Of a stretch of 64,000 nt of DNA, positions 13,979-27,980 are shown piece after piece. This DNA comes from Octopus vulgaris (taxonomy: Eukaryota). The notes beneath the pieces are model-generated. The model saw nothing but the letters and a program-made list of their open reading frames with translations, was not told the DNA's origin and did no database searches. The DNA lies in contig OX597828.1 of the NCBI GenBank assembly GCA_951406725.2, forward strand, positions 43,090,001-43,154,000, written 5' to 3'. The translations under genes and the position numbers were made by a program. Each line of letters starts with the position of its first letter. The first letter of the stretch is position 1.

Positions 13979-14369
13979 CTGGCAGTATCGCCCGGCGTTG
14001 CTCGGGTTTGTAAGGCAAATAACTATATAAGCATTTTTAGAGATGTAAAGTATAATAGCCATCTCAATATGGCTAACCACAAAGGGGGGTGTTACCGTAG
14101 CTTTTTACGTTCTGAGATTTAATAATAGATTTTTAGAGAGTTACTTCCCTTATATATGCCAAAAAGGCATTAAAAATGGAAAAAATTGATGGTAATTTGT
14201 TTTTAAATCGTAGACTCATCGTAGACGCGCGCTAATACCCAGAAGGGCTTGATATGAATCACGACTATAAGATACCCGGTTTTGGTTAAACTGCACCGCA
14301 AAATGTGGGAGTAGTTAGAAATCTAAATCGTAGGAGACAAACACACAACTTCTCTTTTATATATAAAGA
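13979..14369 (-). mobile_element. Non-autonomous Helitron
   Basis: Reverse-complement copy of 40020-40416: 5' TC, subterminal hairpin CCCGAGCAACGCCGGG, 3' end CCAG (CTAG in the other copy). Confidence 0.75.
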
Positions 14370-14741
14370 TAAAATTGAACGCTATGATATTTAGCAATTT
14401 ACTAGCAGGAAAAGGAAGGTGTTTAAGAGAAAGAATTCAACTGAATAACTTGCAACATGACATTTCTCAAGTTCAGAGTGTGACATTGCTTTCGTTGTGT
14501 AAATTCCAATTATGTGAGCTTGGTCACTTTGTTAGAAATTAGTTCCTATCTCACTGGATTATTTTAAAGTTTTTGTAAGAGAAGACACACGCACCCACAT
14601 ACGTACGCACACACATAATCACCGATTGAGACAATGGTACACACATGCACACAGACACACACACACACATATAATGTATACATATACATAGACGCACTCA
14701 GATACGTATACTTGTATACATACGCATACGCACAGATACGT

Positions 14742-15052
14742 GGAGGCGCAATGGCCCAGTGGTTAGAGCAGCGGACTCGCGGTCGTAGGATCGCGGTTTC
14801 GATTCCTAGACCGGGCGTTGTGAGTGTTTATTGAGCGAAAACACCTAAAAAGCTCAACGAGGCTCCGGCATGGGGTGGTGGCGATCCCTGCTGTACTCTT
14901 TCACCACAACTTTCTCTCACTCTTTCTTCTATTGGCCTGCTCGCTTAACCAGCGGGGTGGCGTCATTCGAAGGCTAAAACAATGCGAACGCATTGTGACC
15001 AGCGATGTGTAACAACATCTGATGGTCTGGTCGGTCACGTGATCCCGTGATC
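14742..15052 (+). mobile_element. SINE family A, alternative-tail variant
   Basis: Same head and body as family A to ~14925, then a different 3' tail. Flanking direct repeat ACGCACAGATAC. Confidence 0.8.
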
Positions 15053-15415
15053 ACGCACAGATACAGATATACATACATCATAACTACAACTATGCACAAA
15101 GACTGTCCAGTAGCGAAACTGATAGAGAGAGGCGTCCGTATATGCGTCTAGCTATAGTTTTTCTCCTTTTATTCCTTCACTGGACATTTCAACAAACGCT
15201 GAGCGATAACAGAAATTCCTACCCTGAGGGTGTACAATCTGGTGAACGAAAGAAAATTGATAATCATCTTCTAAACCTGCCTTCATACCTCCATCCCTCC
15301 TTACTCTTCTATTCTACTTACTCTCCACTCTCTACTTTCCCACCATCGCTACTTTTATCTATGCATAATATATATATATATACACACACACATAAACGCA
15401 CACACATACATGCAC

Positions 15416-15481
<66 letters not shown>

Positions 15482-15960
15482 AGAACGATAGGCATTGAGA
15501 GAGAGAGAGAGAGAGAGAGAATGAGAAAGAGAAAAGCAAAGAGAATGGAAGGGTGGACTGAGATGTGTGAGGAACAGAGCTAAATTGTTATGCCGGCCAT
15601 CTTTGGGTTGCAGAGTGAGGTGTTATTAACAAAGATATTGTCATTTCAACTAATATAATAGAAATCAGTTAATACGATTATGAGCAGGGGCCGAAATTAA
15701 AGACACATTAATGACGTAAGCATGGGGTCAGTTCTCTGGTTTGACCTCGCTTCCATTCTATGATACAGAGCCGAAAAGTTTACTATCGAGTTTCCTTCCA
15801 TACAATGAGGGCATGGCCGAGTGTCAGCTTCGTTTTATGTACACATGAGTGCAACTGGACAATTGCGGACATACACGCCATGCACCATCCTATGTCTCCT
15901 ACACAGACATATACACACACAAGCTCCAAAGAGACCTATAGATACATATATATATATAAA

Positions 15961-16019
<59 letters not shown>

Positions 16020-16155
16020 TAATTATCTGAATAATTATATCCGTCGATCGATATGTTGATACGTACGTATTTATAAATGCGCATACATATATGCATGCAT
16101 TCATGTATGTGTATATTTGTATGTGTAAATACATATATGCATGTGTGTGTGTGTT

Positions 16156-16195
<40 letters not shown>

Positions 16196-16372
16196 TGTGT
16201 GTAAAGAGATATACGAGTGTATATAAATGTTTGCGCCTGAACATTTCTCCATTGATCTTATGCGTAATTCGCGCCATAGTTTGTTAGTATATTTCAGGAG
16301 ACACAAGCAATAAATTGAAAAATATATACGCTTTATACACATATGCAAACTCACATTCCTATCTATCTATCA

Positions 16373-16638
<266 letters not shown>

Positions 16639-16678
16639 TATATATATATATCTGTCTATCTGTCTATCTCTCTATCTC

Positions 16679-16773
<95 letters not shown>

Positions 16774-16879
16774 GTATCTATATGTAGGCAGGTACGTATT
16801 TATGTATATGTGTGAGTGTGTGTGCGTGTATGTATATGTGTGTGCGTGTGTGTTATGTGTGTGTATATATGTATCTATC

Positions 16880-16917
<38 letters not shown>

Positions 16918-17034
16918 ATGTATATACACACATATACGCAAATATATATATTTCTTTATATATCTATATAAGTGTGTTATATGATTATATTTATATATAT
17001 ATATATATATGTATGTATATATATATGTATTATA

Positions 17035-17173
<139 letters not shown>

Positions 17174-17646
17174 GCATATGTACATGGCGTAGTGTTTTTT
17201 GTATAGTTAAGAACCTTGCTTTGCAACCTATTTGTTTATGGTTCAATCCCGTTGCGCACCGACTTGGGCAAGTGTACATCTATCACAAAAGCAAGTGAAG
17301 GATATAATATATATATATATGAAAGAGTATGGATGGGTATCGAGGAATAAATAGGTAGGATTCTACCAAATCATCGATGAACCGAGATGTATCATCATCA
17401 TCATCAGCAGCAGCAGCAGCAACAGCAACAGCAATCCAAAAACCGCAGCATCATATCAGTGTTGCGCCGTAATTTTAACAAAGGTATTTCCTTTGTTTTG
17501 GGAATGACAATATTTAAAAACATTGTTCTGAGTTCAAATTCCGCCAGGGTCGACTTTACCTTTCACCATCACTCTTGGGTCGATTATCTAAGTACAATTG
17601 AGCATTGGGGTCGAAATAATCGACTTGGCCCCACCAACGAAGTTTT

Positions 17647-17860
17647 GGAGGTGCGTGACTTAGTGGTTAGGGTGTTGGACTTCATGATCGTAAGATTCTG
17701 GTTTCGATTCCTGTACCGGCTGATGCGTTGCTCCAGTCCATTCAGCTGGCAAGAATGAGTAATTCTACGACAGACCAGCGTCCTGTCCAGGAGGTGAATA
17801 TATAGGCCACGAAACCGGGAAACGGCTCATATGAGTCAGTATGATTCGAGAAGGTAACTT
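17647..17860 (+). mobile_element. Diverged tRNA-head SINE nested in a family C copy
   Basis: GGAGGTGCGTGACTTAGTGGTTAGGGTG...GGTTTCGATTCC...TTGCTCCAGTCCATTCAGCTG. Family C body at ~17505-17635 and its tail at ~17870-17910. Confidence 0.6.
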
Positions 17861-17922
17861 TATCATTAACCGTCCCCTAGTTACTGGCCTTGTGCCAAAA
17901 TTTGTAACCAATAAACATATAA

Positions 17923-18120
17923 AGGCGGCGAGCCAGTAGAATCGACAAAATACTCAGCGGTATTTTGTCCGTCTTTACGTTCTGCGTTCAAATTCTGCCA
18001 CGACCTAATTTGTGTTTCATCCCTTTCAAGGTCGATACGTTAAGTACCTGGTGAGCATTCGGTGCATGTAATCAATTTACCTCTCCCTTGAAATTTCTGG
18101 CCTTGCGTCAAAATTTGAAA
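17923..18120 (+). mobile_element. SINE family C, diverged
   Basis: GGCGGCGAGCCAGTAGAATCG...GTTCAAATTCTGCC...GGCCTTGCGTCAAAATTTGAAA. Confidence 0.7.
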
Positions 18121-18145
18121 TGAATATCTATAAACTTATAAGATG

Positions 18146-18542
18146 TACCAGGGGCTGCTGAAAAGCTTCTGTTTTTCAGGGTATTGAGAAAGGCCTGGCT
18201 GGAAGCCCAAAATTCCGTGTTCTTCTACAGGGCTAAGTTAAACTAAAGGACCGTTGCAATAAGTGTATGAATCAGAGAGGGGAATATAGGGAATATCCGC
18301 CTGTATTGTCTTTTATTCAAAACCAGGAACTTACACGTGGGGTGCTCCAAAAATTCTTGGGTTCAAGGGTTTCGAAAAAGGCCAAGCCTTCTGAGTTCTT
18401 TTACTGGGATTAGAAAAACTGAAGGACTGCTGCAATAAGTGTGTGAATGTGCGAGGGAATTATGCTGAAGAAAATGGCAATTAACTGATTCTCCTGTATT
18501 TTCTTTTACATAAAGCCAGGAATTTTTCAGCATCCCAACGTA
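18146..18542. mobile_element. Two adjacent mariner-type MITE remnants
   Basis: TIR-like GGGGCTGCTGAAAAG...CCAGGAACTT and GGGGTGCTCCAAAAATTCTTGG...CCAGGAATTTTTCAGCATCCC, with a mariner-like AAGTGT.TGAAT...GAGG.GAATA 3' remnant. Confidence 0.55.
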
Positions 18543-18635
18543 TGGATATAAGATTCTTTCACCATGTATATTGGCGCGGGTGCGTGTACGTTCGGAAACA
18601 AGAATACACACACACACAAGAATATACCTGCGTAT

Positions 18636-18869
18636 ATATTTTTCTTTATTGCCCACAAGGGGCTAAACATAGAGGGGACAAACAAGGACAGACATAGGTA
18701 TTAAGTCGATTACATCGACCCCAGTGCGAAACTGGTACTTTATTTATCGACCCCGAAAGGATGAAAGGTAAAGTCGACCTCGACCGAATTTGAACTCAGA
18801 ACGTAGCGGCAGACCAAATACCGCTAAGCATTTCGCCCGGCGCTCTGACGTTTCTGCCAGCTCGCCGCC
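18636..18869 (-). mobile_element. SINE family C (TTTGTCCCCTCTATG...AAGAAA tail variant)
   Basis: Full family consensus. Confidence 0.85.
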
Positions 18870-18918
18870 TTTCAAATTCTGCGTATATAGATACTCACAC
18901 GCACACACATATGTACAG

Positions 18919-18972
<54 letters not shown>

Positions 18973-19276
18973 ACATATATGAAGAGAGTACATACACACA
19001 CACATATACTCATATATCTGTGCATCAATCCATTTATCTTAGATAGGCCACTAACCCTCCTTCGCCTGCATATTTCTCTATCCTGTTCTCCTGAGGCTAT
19101 TTAATGGCCCTGCACTCCCCAACTGACAAATACACATAGAGACATACGTACACACGTATAGATATGCATATATAAACACATGAAAGACAACACAGTCATA
19201 TATATATAAATATATATATACATCCAATCAGTCTTTTTCCTCTCACGCATTATCTATATCCTCCTCTGATCATCCA

Positions 19277-19319
<43 letters not shown>

Positions 19320-19338
19320 CTGTCTGTGTCTGCATCTG

Positions 19339-19401
<63 letters not shown>

Positions 19402-19450
19402 GTCTGTCTCTTTGTTTGTCTATGTCTTTTTCTGTCTGTCTGTTTGCCTG

Positions 19451-19486
<36 letters not shown>

Positions 19487-19586
19487 AACTCCCCCTTCCT
19501 TTTTTTTTTTTAAACCTTCAAAAGAAAAGCTCTACCTTGTAATTTGTTCTATCTGTGTGCAGCCCTGTGTGGCTAATAAAGAAACA
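19487..19586 (+). mobile_element. Extreme 3' end of the same Tx1-like element, again in (TCTA)n
   Basis: AAAAGAAAAGCTCTAC.TTGTAATTTG...CCCTGTGTGGCTAATAAAGAAACA, as at 4630-4697. (TATC)n on both sides. Confidence 0.7.
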
Positions 19587-19671
<85 letters not shown>

Positions 19672-19952
19672 GTCCACCTGTATCTCTCTATCTCTCTCCC
19701 TCCCTCTCTCTCAGACGCATCTTGCAGTCTTAAACCTATTTCACACCTCTTCTAAATTGAATTCCTGAACCTTGCTTCCATCGATTATTTCCGTCCCTCT
19801 CCCTCCTTCTTCTTAACTACTTCTCTCAACACTATTCCCTCCTCTTCACCACTTCAGCCGGAAGTATTCAGAAAGGATGTAGAAAATTACGAATACTTTC
19901 TATCGGTCTGTCTACCTATTCGTCTGTCTGGTTGCACGTATGTATGTATGTA

Positions 19953-19983
<31 letters not shown>

Positions 19984-20120
19984 TGTATGTATGTATGTAT
20001 GTATGTATGTATGTATATATATATATATGTATGTATGTATGCACGTATGCATATATGGATGTATGTGTGTTAATATGATATCTATGTAAATATATATCTA
20101 TATTTATCTATCTATCTACC

Positions 20121-20187
<67 letters not shown>

Positions 20188-20272
20188 ATATATATATATA
20201 TAATCATACACACTTATATGTATATATTTATATATATATACATATATATATATATGTATGCAAGTGTGTGTG

Positions 20273-20312
<40 letters not shown>

Positions 20313-20789
20313 TATACAAGTATGTATCTGTGTATACGTGGATGTAAGTGTCTGTGCGTGTGTATATATGTGTATCTTTGCATGTATACCTATGTGTACG
20401 TGTGTAAGTTGTGTAAGTATGAACATTTTTTTGCCTTTGAATGTAAGCACGCGTATATGGTTGAATTTTTGTAAGCGTTTTCGTATGTATGGTTGTGTGC
20501 GTGTATGTATGTATGTATGTATGTATACATAAATATGTGTATGTAAACGTACGTCTATATATATGTCAGTTCCTGTGTTGTACGTAATCAGACACAATCA
20601 CGCGCTCCTACATAGCGTTCACTCACGCACACACACACACACACACACACACAGGTATAATTAGAGAAGAGTAAGAAGAGGGAGGACAGTGAAAAAGAGA
20701 GATGGAGAGAATGAACTCGAGAACAAAATATTATACGGATGTTAATTCTGAACACCGACAATAAAGCTAATTACACTGAGAGGGGCGAC

Positions 20790-20831
20790 TATGACGACGA
20801 ATACGGTGATGGTGGTGATGATGATGATGAC

Positions 20832-20911
<80 letters not shown>

Positions 20912-20924
20912 GGATGATGATGAC

Positions 20925-20992
<68 letters not shown>

Positions 20993-21338
20993 CAATGATG
21001 ATGATGATGATGATAATGATGATGATGACGATGGTGATGATGATGATGATGACGATGATGATGACGACGACGACGATGATGATGATGATGATGATGCTGT
21101 TTGCTGATGGTGAAGATGACGGTGATGATGTTGTTGATGATGATGGTGATGATGATGATGATCATGATCATGATGACGACGATGATGATCATGTTGTTGA
21201 TGACGATGACGAAGTTAATGTTGCTGCTGTTGCTGATGATTATGATGATGGCGATGACGATGATGATGAGGATTATGATGATAAAGCTGCTGATAGTGAT
21301 GATGATGATGATATTCACGAGTGATGGCTCTCGTGATT

Positions 21339-21382
<44 letters not shown>

Positions 21383-21450
21383 TATCTTCTTCGTCGTCAT
21401 TATTATTATTATTATTATTATTGTTGTTGTTGTTGTTGTTGTCGTTGTTA

Positions 21451-21504
<54 letters not shown>

Positions 21505-21530
21505 GCTGATACTGATGATGATGATGAAGA
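20790..21530 (+). repeat. Compound (GAT)n / (CAT)n / (TAT)n / (TGT)n microsatellite
   Basis: Directly visible. Confidence 0.95.
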
Positions 21531-21890
21531 CGAACATTTAATGGGAAATGTGAACAGGGCTAATGACATTTACGAAATAGTTAACTTAACACTGCATTTA
21601 ATTGCACCAGTGCTAACTAATCGAAAATCTGTGTGAAGGTGGGTGCGGGTGGTTAGGTATGGAGCGATGAAGATTAACAGAGTGTGGCCGTGCAAAAGTT
21701 TAATTAACCTGGCGAAACTAGAAGACAGCAATTCATAATAAGATGAAGAAAAATTAGCTAAGCTCCTGGTGATTTAAGGGCAGTATGCAATTACAATGGT
21801 CATTTTTAGGTATTATATTACCAAACAACCCCACATCATTATCTTATTTGATGGTATAAAAAGATGCGCGGGCGTATTTGTAGCCCGAGC

Positions 21891-22690
21891 GTATTAGACG
21901 CACGGTCGTATTAGACAAACCCCAATTTCAGAAAGGCATATTTAGGAAAGAAATGTGTTTTTCTTGCTTTGAAGCATAGAAAATTTAAAACAATCGTTCT
22001 CAACCGAGATCCATATGGCTATTCGGGTTTCACATAAGGTTTTGTATTTAAAATTAATGTATAATAAATAGGTTATACCTCTACAATACACAAAATTGAA
22101 AACACAGATTTCATACAATTCCTAATTCATAATTTAATTCTAAAAATATGATAAGATTTTTAAAATATTGAATGGCTAAGAAGGTCAGTTCAAGTGAAAT
22201 AGAAATAAATTTCTAGCCTTGTGCCAAAATTTGAAATGAATAGCTATAAACTTAGAAGATGTACGAAGGGCTGCTGAAAAGTTTCTGTTTTTAAGGGTAT
22301 TGAGAAAGGCTTGGTTGGAAGCCCAATATTCCGTATTTTTCTACAGGGCTAAGTTAAACTGAAGGACCGTTGTATTAGTAGCACGGTCGTGTTAGACGAA
22401 CCCCAATTTCAGTAGAGCATATTTAGGATAGAAATGTGTTTTTCTTCCTTTAAAGCATATAAAATTTAAAACAGTCGTTCTCAACCGAGATCCATATGGC
22501 TATTCGGGTTTCACATAAGGTTTTGTATTTAAAATTAATGTATAATAAATAGGTTATACCTCTACAATAGACAAAATTGAAAACACAAATTTCATACAAT
22601 CCCTAATACATAATTTAATTCTAAAAATATGAAAAGACTTTTAAAACATTGAATGGCTAGGAAGGTCAGTCCAAGTAAAATAGAAATAAA
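21891..22690 (+). repeat. ~320-bp direct duplication (21891-22210, 22372-22690) with a ~165-bp insert
   Basis: The two copies align end to end. The insert matches 18091-18256. Confidence 0.85.
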
Positions 22691-22726
22691 AGGGGTCCAG
22701 AGGCTAAAAATTGTTGAGAAATACTG
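22472..22726. mobile_element. hAT (Charlie-like) MITE
   Basis: TIRs CAGTCGTTCTCAAC / GTTGAGAAATACTG with 8-bp target duplication ATTTAAAA / ATTTAAAG. Confidence 0.75.
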
Positions 22727-23099
22727 ATTTAAAGCAACTTCGCATATGAGACCGGGGCTGGTTTTTCGGACATTTTTTTGAAAGACTCTCGTCTTATATG
22801 CAATAAAATGTGACATTTTGTCCGAGAGAAAAGCATGAACATCGCTGATGTTTTTAAAAACAATAGTGAAGTTAACATTGTAAAATGGCTGCTATCTGAT
22901 AGTTGGACACATTTAGAAGACCAAGTTGCAGCTCTCATTGAGTCGAAATTTCGATCCATTTTAGATGTGGTTCCGATTGTGATCTACTTTTCGTGACCTT
23001 GAGAAATGCATTAATGCTACTACATCTTCATATTTTATAAACGATCAATAATGTATAACTCGTAAAACTGTTGAAATCATTATAAAACATCTGTGCATG

Positions 23100-23455
23100 A
23101 ATAGGTGTGTGGTTAAGAGACTTCCTTTGCAGTCCTGTGGTTTCAGGTTCATTTCCACTGTGCGGCATATTGACCAACTATTTTCTCCTATAGCTTACCA
23201 ATGCCTTGTGATTGAATAGGGCCAACGGTATCTGCCTAGAAGATATATATATATATAGGGGAGGGGGAGAATTCTCAAACAAAAAAAACAAAAACAAAAG
23301 ACGAAGACAGGTGGTGTAGACAAGAAAACAGATGTATTAGTATAACGCTCGTGAAAAAGTCTTTAACGTTTCGAACCTACGCTCTTCCACAGAAAATAAA
23401 ACAGAGAAAGAAACAAGGAGAGAAAATAAATAATGTGTAGTGGCTAGCGATCTGC

Positions 23456-23486
<31 letters not shown>

Positions 23487-23512
23487 TGTGTGTGTGTGTG
23501 TGTATGTATGTG

Positions 23513-23547
<35 letters not shown>

Positions 23548-23755
23548 GTGTATGTACGTCACGTGTGTTTGTCTGTGTTTGTCCCATCACCGCTTGACAA
23601 CCGTTGCTGGTTTCTTTACGTACTTGCAAATGAGTAGTGCCGGAAAAAGCGATCGATAGAATAAGTACTGTGTTGATCAGTTCGATAAAAAATCAGTCAA
23701 GCCAGTGCCCCAGTATGGGCACAGTCGAATGACTAAAACAATAAGAGCTAAATGA
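23100..23755 (+). mobile_element. Diverged SINE family B interrupted by a Penelope-type fragment (~23257-23455)
   Basis: Head at 23100-23242 and tail at 23570-23755. The foreign segment sits in the internal (TA)n/(TG)n. Confidence 0.65.
23361..23396 (-). ncRNA. Minimal type I hammerhead ribozyme motif (core variant CUGUGGA)
   Basis: TTTT-CTGTGGA-A-GAGC(GTAG)GTTC-GAAA-CGT-T-AAAG: stem I, stem II and a palindromic stem III typical of Penelope pLTR hammerheads. Confidence 0.55.
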
Positions 23756-24150
23756 TATTAAATACGCATGTGTATGAATGAATGTATGTATGTGTGTATG
23801 TGTGTATGTATGTTTGCATGTATGAATGTACGAATGTATGTTTGTATATATTTATGTTTGTATGTATGTATGAGTGTATGTATTTATGAATGAATGAATG
23901 TATGTATGTATGAATGCATGTATGTATGTATGTTTGTGTGTATGTATGTATGAGTGTATGTATGCATGAATGTATCCATGTATAAATGCTCGTATGTATT
24001 TATGTATGTTTAAGTGTATATCTGTATTTATCCTATATTATGTATGTATGAATGAATGTATGTATGTTTGTGTGTATGTATATATGTATGCTTGTGTGTA
24101 TGTATCTATGTTTGTATGTTTGTGAGTATGCATGTATTTGTGTATGCATG

Positions 24151-24193
<43 letters not shown>

Positions 24194-24321
24194 TTGTGAG
24201 TATATGTAAGTATTTATGTATGTATGAATGTATATTTGTGTGTGTATGAATGTATGTATGTATGAAAGTTTGTATGTATTCATGCATGTTTGTGTGTATG
24301 CAGGAATGTATGAATTTATAT

Positions 24322-24709
24322 GGAAGCTCTCCGTCGGTTACGACGACGAGGGTCCCGGTTGATCCGATCAACGGAACAGCCTGCTCGTGAAATTAACGTG
24401 TAAGTGGCTGAGCACTCCACAGGCACGTGTACCCTTAACATAGTTCTCGGGGATATTCAGCGTGACACAATGACACAGAGAGTGACAAGGCCGGCTCTTT
24501 GAAATACAGGTACAACAGAAACAGGAAGTAAGAGTGAGAGAAAGTTGTGGTGAAAGAGTACAGCAGGGATCACCACCATCCCTGCCGGAGCCTCGTGGAG
24601 CTTTAGGTGTTTTCGCTCAATAAACACTCACAACGCCCGGTCTGGGAATCGAAACCGCGATCCTACGACCGCGAGTCCGCTGCCCTAACCCCTGGGCCAT
24701 TGCGCCTCC
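24322..24709 (-). mobile_element. SINE family A, full length
   Basis: Near-identical to 240-621. Flanking repeat ATGAATTTATA / ATGAATGTATA. Confidence 0.85.
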
Positions 24710-24860
24710 ACATGAATGTATATATGAATGTATGTATATCTGTGCGCATGTATGTATGTATGTATATTTCGTATATTCATTTGCGGGCACAAAGCTGCAA
24801 ATGAAGATGGAGAATAATCGTATGCGATTACCGAAAAGTAGAATAAAATACGTTACGTTG

Positions 24861-25381
24861 TTGAATTTGAAAAATTTCACAAAGCGTAACTCAGAGCTTC
24901 ATATAACCGATCACCAGACAGGAGTTAACTCTTCGAAGAATACTATGGTTTATAGATACTTATAAACGGCGCAATTATAATCAATTAACAACTCACCATT
25001 AAGGTTTGAGAAGATGTTATTACATTTCAAAACTACTGAGGTCTTTTAGATAAAAGGGATTGACCGTTAACACAATTTATTATGCTTGTTACGATGTGTA
25101 TATGCGAATTAAGTAAATTTTTTTTTTTCACTCGATTTTGATATTTTAATTTTCACCAATAGTCAGTCGACATTATCCAACAGATTCCTGCTAATTGATA
25201 AGTAATAATCCCTTGGCTAATTATCTTCAATTGATTGTTTGATCAGTAATTCCATAATTATATAATTAACATCGTAACATTTGTATATACACCATCGTAT
25301 TATTTATAGAGCTCACTTTTGTCTGATGATCGATAACGCATAACTCTGAGTTAGCAGTTTGTGAAGTTTTTCAGCTTCAAT
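24861..25381. mobile_element. Old MITE-like element with ~70-bp imperfect inverted repeats
   Basis: GAAAAATTTCACAAAGCGTAACTCAGAG...CGATCACCAGACA (24870-24920) versus TGTCTGATGATCG...CTCTGAGTTAGCAGTTTGTGAAGTTTTTC (25320-25372). Confidence 0.5.
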
Positions 25382-25390
25382 AAAGCACTA

Positions 25391-25428
<38 letters not shown>

Positions 25429-25450
25429 CGTGTGTGTGTCTATGCCTATT

Positions 25451-25554
<104 letters not shown>

Positions 25555-25635
25555 ATTCAAATAAACGAATAAAAATGGACAGCATTAGGACATGCACAAG
25601 ATATGTATTAGCTTGACGCTCGGTGAAAGGAGAGA

Positions 25636-25670
25636 GTTTGATATTTCGAGCATAGCTCTTCATCGCAAAT
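25636..25670 (-). ncRNA. Minimal type I hammerhead-like motif (degenerate core), Penelope pLTR fragment 25551-25670
   Basis: TTT-GCGATGA-A-GAGC(TAT)GCTC-GAAA-TAT-C-AAA. Shares the ATGTATTAG...ACGCTCG context with the 23361 motif. (TA)n flanks. Confidence 0.5.
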
Positions 25671-26224
25671 ATATATATATATATTTTGTATATATATATA
25701 TATAATACATGCATACGTACATGCACGCACATGCATTTGCATAGTTATTTAAATGTATAAATGCATATATGTATGTTTGTGCAAGATGTGCATGCCTGTG
25801 TGTCCTAGTGATCGTTTTCGCTCTTCTGTCTCAGCTCATTCAACTTTTGTGAAATGAAAATACCTAAACAGGTTTCAATATGATGATCAGGATTTAGCAA
25901 GCAGCAGCTTGTTCAGTGTTGAGTAAAAATCTTGCCTGAGTCTCGAAGACTCCATAATGTGTATTTGTGTAAGTAAATGCTTCTGTTATTCTTCTTTCTC
26001 CTTTTCATTTTCTTGTCCTTTTTTGTCTAAACAAAACTTTGAGATTAAAATAATCTGTGAAATTTCTTTGTTGGAGAAGGATACAGTAGTTTCTTAGACT
26101 CACCCATATTTTTTTAAAAAAGAGAAGTCATCTTTTAAATCTGTTTGCTTCCCAAACTGTTAATCACTCACTGTCGCGTTTAGAAAGGCATGGATAATCT
26201 GGATAATGCCCTAGATATGATGAA

Positions 26225-26620
26225 GACATAGCTGTGTGGTTAAGGAGTACATTTTGCCACCAGGTGGTATCAAGTTCAGTCTCTTTGTGTGGCATCATAG
26301 GCATATGTCTTCTACTATGGCTTAGGATCAACTGATGGAAACTTTGTGGAAGCCCTTCGTGTATAAACATATATATGTGAATGTGTGTGTGTGCGTGTGT
26401 GTGGGGGTATGTGTCTTTTTTGTGTGTTTCCCCACCATTACCATTTGACAACCGGTATCTATTTACGTCCCCGTAACTTGTGGATTTGGCAAAAGAGACC
26501 GATAGAATAGTTACCACATTTAAAATTATATACTGGAAGTCGATTTATTTGACTTAACATTTCAAGTCGTTGCCCCAGTATGGCCGCAGTCTAATAACTG
26601 AGTCAAGTGAAAACAATATA
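26225..26620 (+). mobile_element. SINE family B, diverged
   Basis: GCTGTGTGGTTAAG...AGTTCAGTC...GGCAAAAGAGACCGATAGAATA...CCAGTATGGCCGCAGTC. Confidence 0.7.
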
Positions 26621-27622
26621 AAAAAAAAATTACCTGAAAGCAATATAAGATGATTGCAGCTGAAACACTTTTGATGAAAGTGCTACTCATTCATGGAAGA
26701 CCTGGGGCTAAATAGCACGAATTTCTCCTCGGTCACTGAACCTACTAGAAATAGCAGTCAAATATCTGTTATAACACTTATTACCGTCATGGAAAGGGAA
26801 ATAACTACTTTATGATACAATACCTAAAAATATGACAGCATCAACTTGACTGGAATACCTTTGATCAAAGGCTTTGGTTAGTCAAAGCTAAACTGGTGCC
26901 AAACAACAGTAAAAGCTGCTTATGAGAAACAAGGCAGCGTTTGTGCTGGCTTTGAACTTGGTGCTTAGAATCACGTTTAAATCGGGTTGTCTCAAATACA
27001 ATCTTCTCAGCACTTTTACGTTCTTCATAAAATAATATGACAAACACGCTAAGTCCGGAAGCACAATAATTTCTTTTTGTTTAATTATTGTTATGTTTTT
27101 CATTATTTTCCTAAAATTAATTAGTATGACTAATTAGAAGTAGCAATCAGACATATTAATTAGAGATAGTAATTACAAGAAAATATTACAGACCTCAATA
27201 GAGATGTCAGAGACAGAAATGTGTGACGTCATTGTTTAATTCTGTCTTCATCCCACCATCCCACCACACACGTCGCTATTTTTCAGATTTCTTGACGTGA
27301 CGAAATTGATTTATTTTTAACCCTACAAGATCAAAGTAGGAAACACCAGTAACATACCCGTACATATTCGTTGGGTTATAGACAGAAGTAGGTGATTATC
27401 GTAGTCTTTTGTATAGTAGCATCAACCCATCACACAATCTCAGGTTAACACATGGTCCTTTAGGGATTTTAGCAAAGCCTTTCTCTATCGCAAGGGCTCA
27501 CGGTAGGACACTCGTCTGAGGATAATTTCCTCCTTTCTTTCTACCAGTCTCGGAGGAGGACGTCACTGAGTGTAAAAGGCCATAGGCATTGCTCTTCTAC
27601 CTACGTTAATATGGTAAAGTTT

Positions 27623-27980
27623 GGAGACGCAATGGCCCAGTGGTTAGGGCAGCGGACTCGCGGTCGTAGGATCGCGGTTTCGATTCCCAGACCGGGCGTT
27701 GAGAGTGTTTATTGAGCGAAAACACCTAAAGCTCCACGAAGCTCCGGCAGGGGATGGTGGTGATCCCTGCTGTACTCTTTCACCACAACTTTCTCTCACT
27801 CTTACTTCCTGTTTCTGTTGTACCTGTATTTCAAAGGGCCGGCCTTCTCACTCTCTGAATATCCCCGAGAACTACGTGTCTGTGGAGTGCTCAGCCACTT
27901 ACACGTTAATTTCACGAGCAGGCTGTTCCGTTGATCGGATCAACCGGAACCCTCGTCGTCGTAACCGACGGAGTGCTTCC
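27623..27980 (+). mobile_element. SINE family A
   Basis: Family consensus with small deletions. Target duplication ATGGTAAAG. Confidence 0.85.

Noticed and set aside
14742-14815. Apparent tRNA genes at SINE heads
   Set aside because: They run directly into SINE bodies with TSDs and do not form proper cloverleaves.
20739-21107. Poly-Asp ORF resembling an acidic biomineral protein
   Set aside because: It is a (GAT)n tract open in all three frames, with no signal peptide or exon evidence.
25323-25330. CTGATGA hammerhead box
   Set aside because: No matching GAAA or stems nearby. It lies in a MITE inverted repeat.
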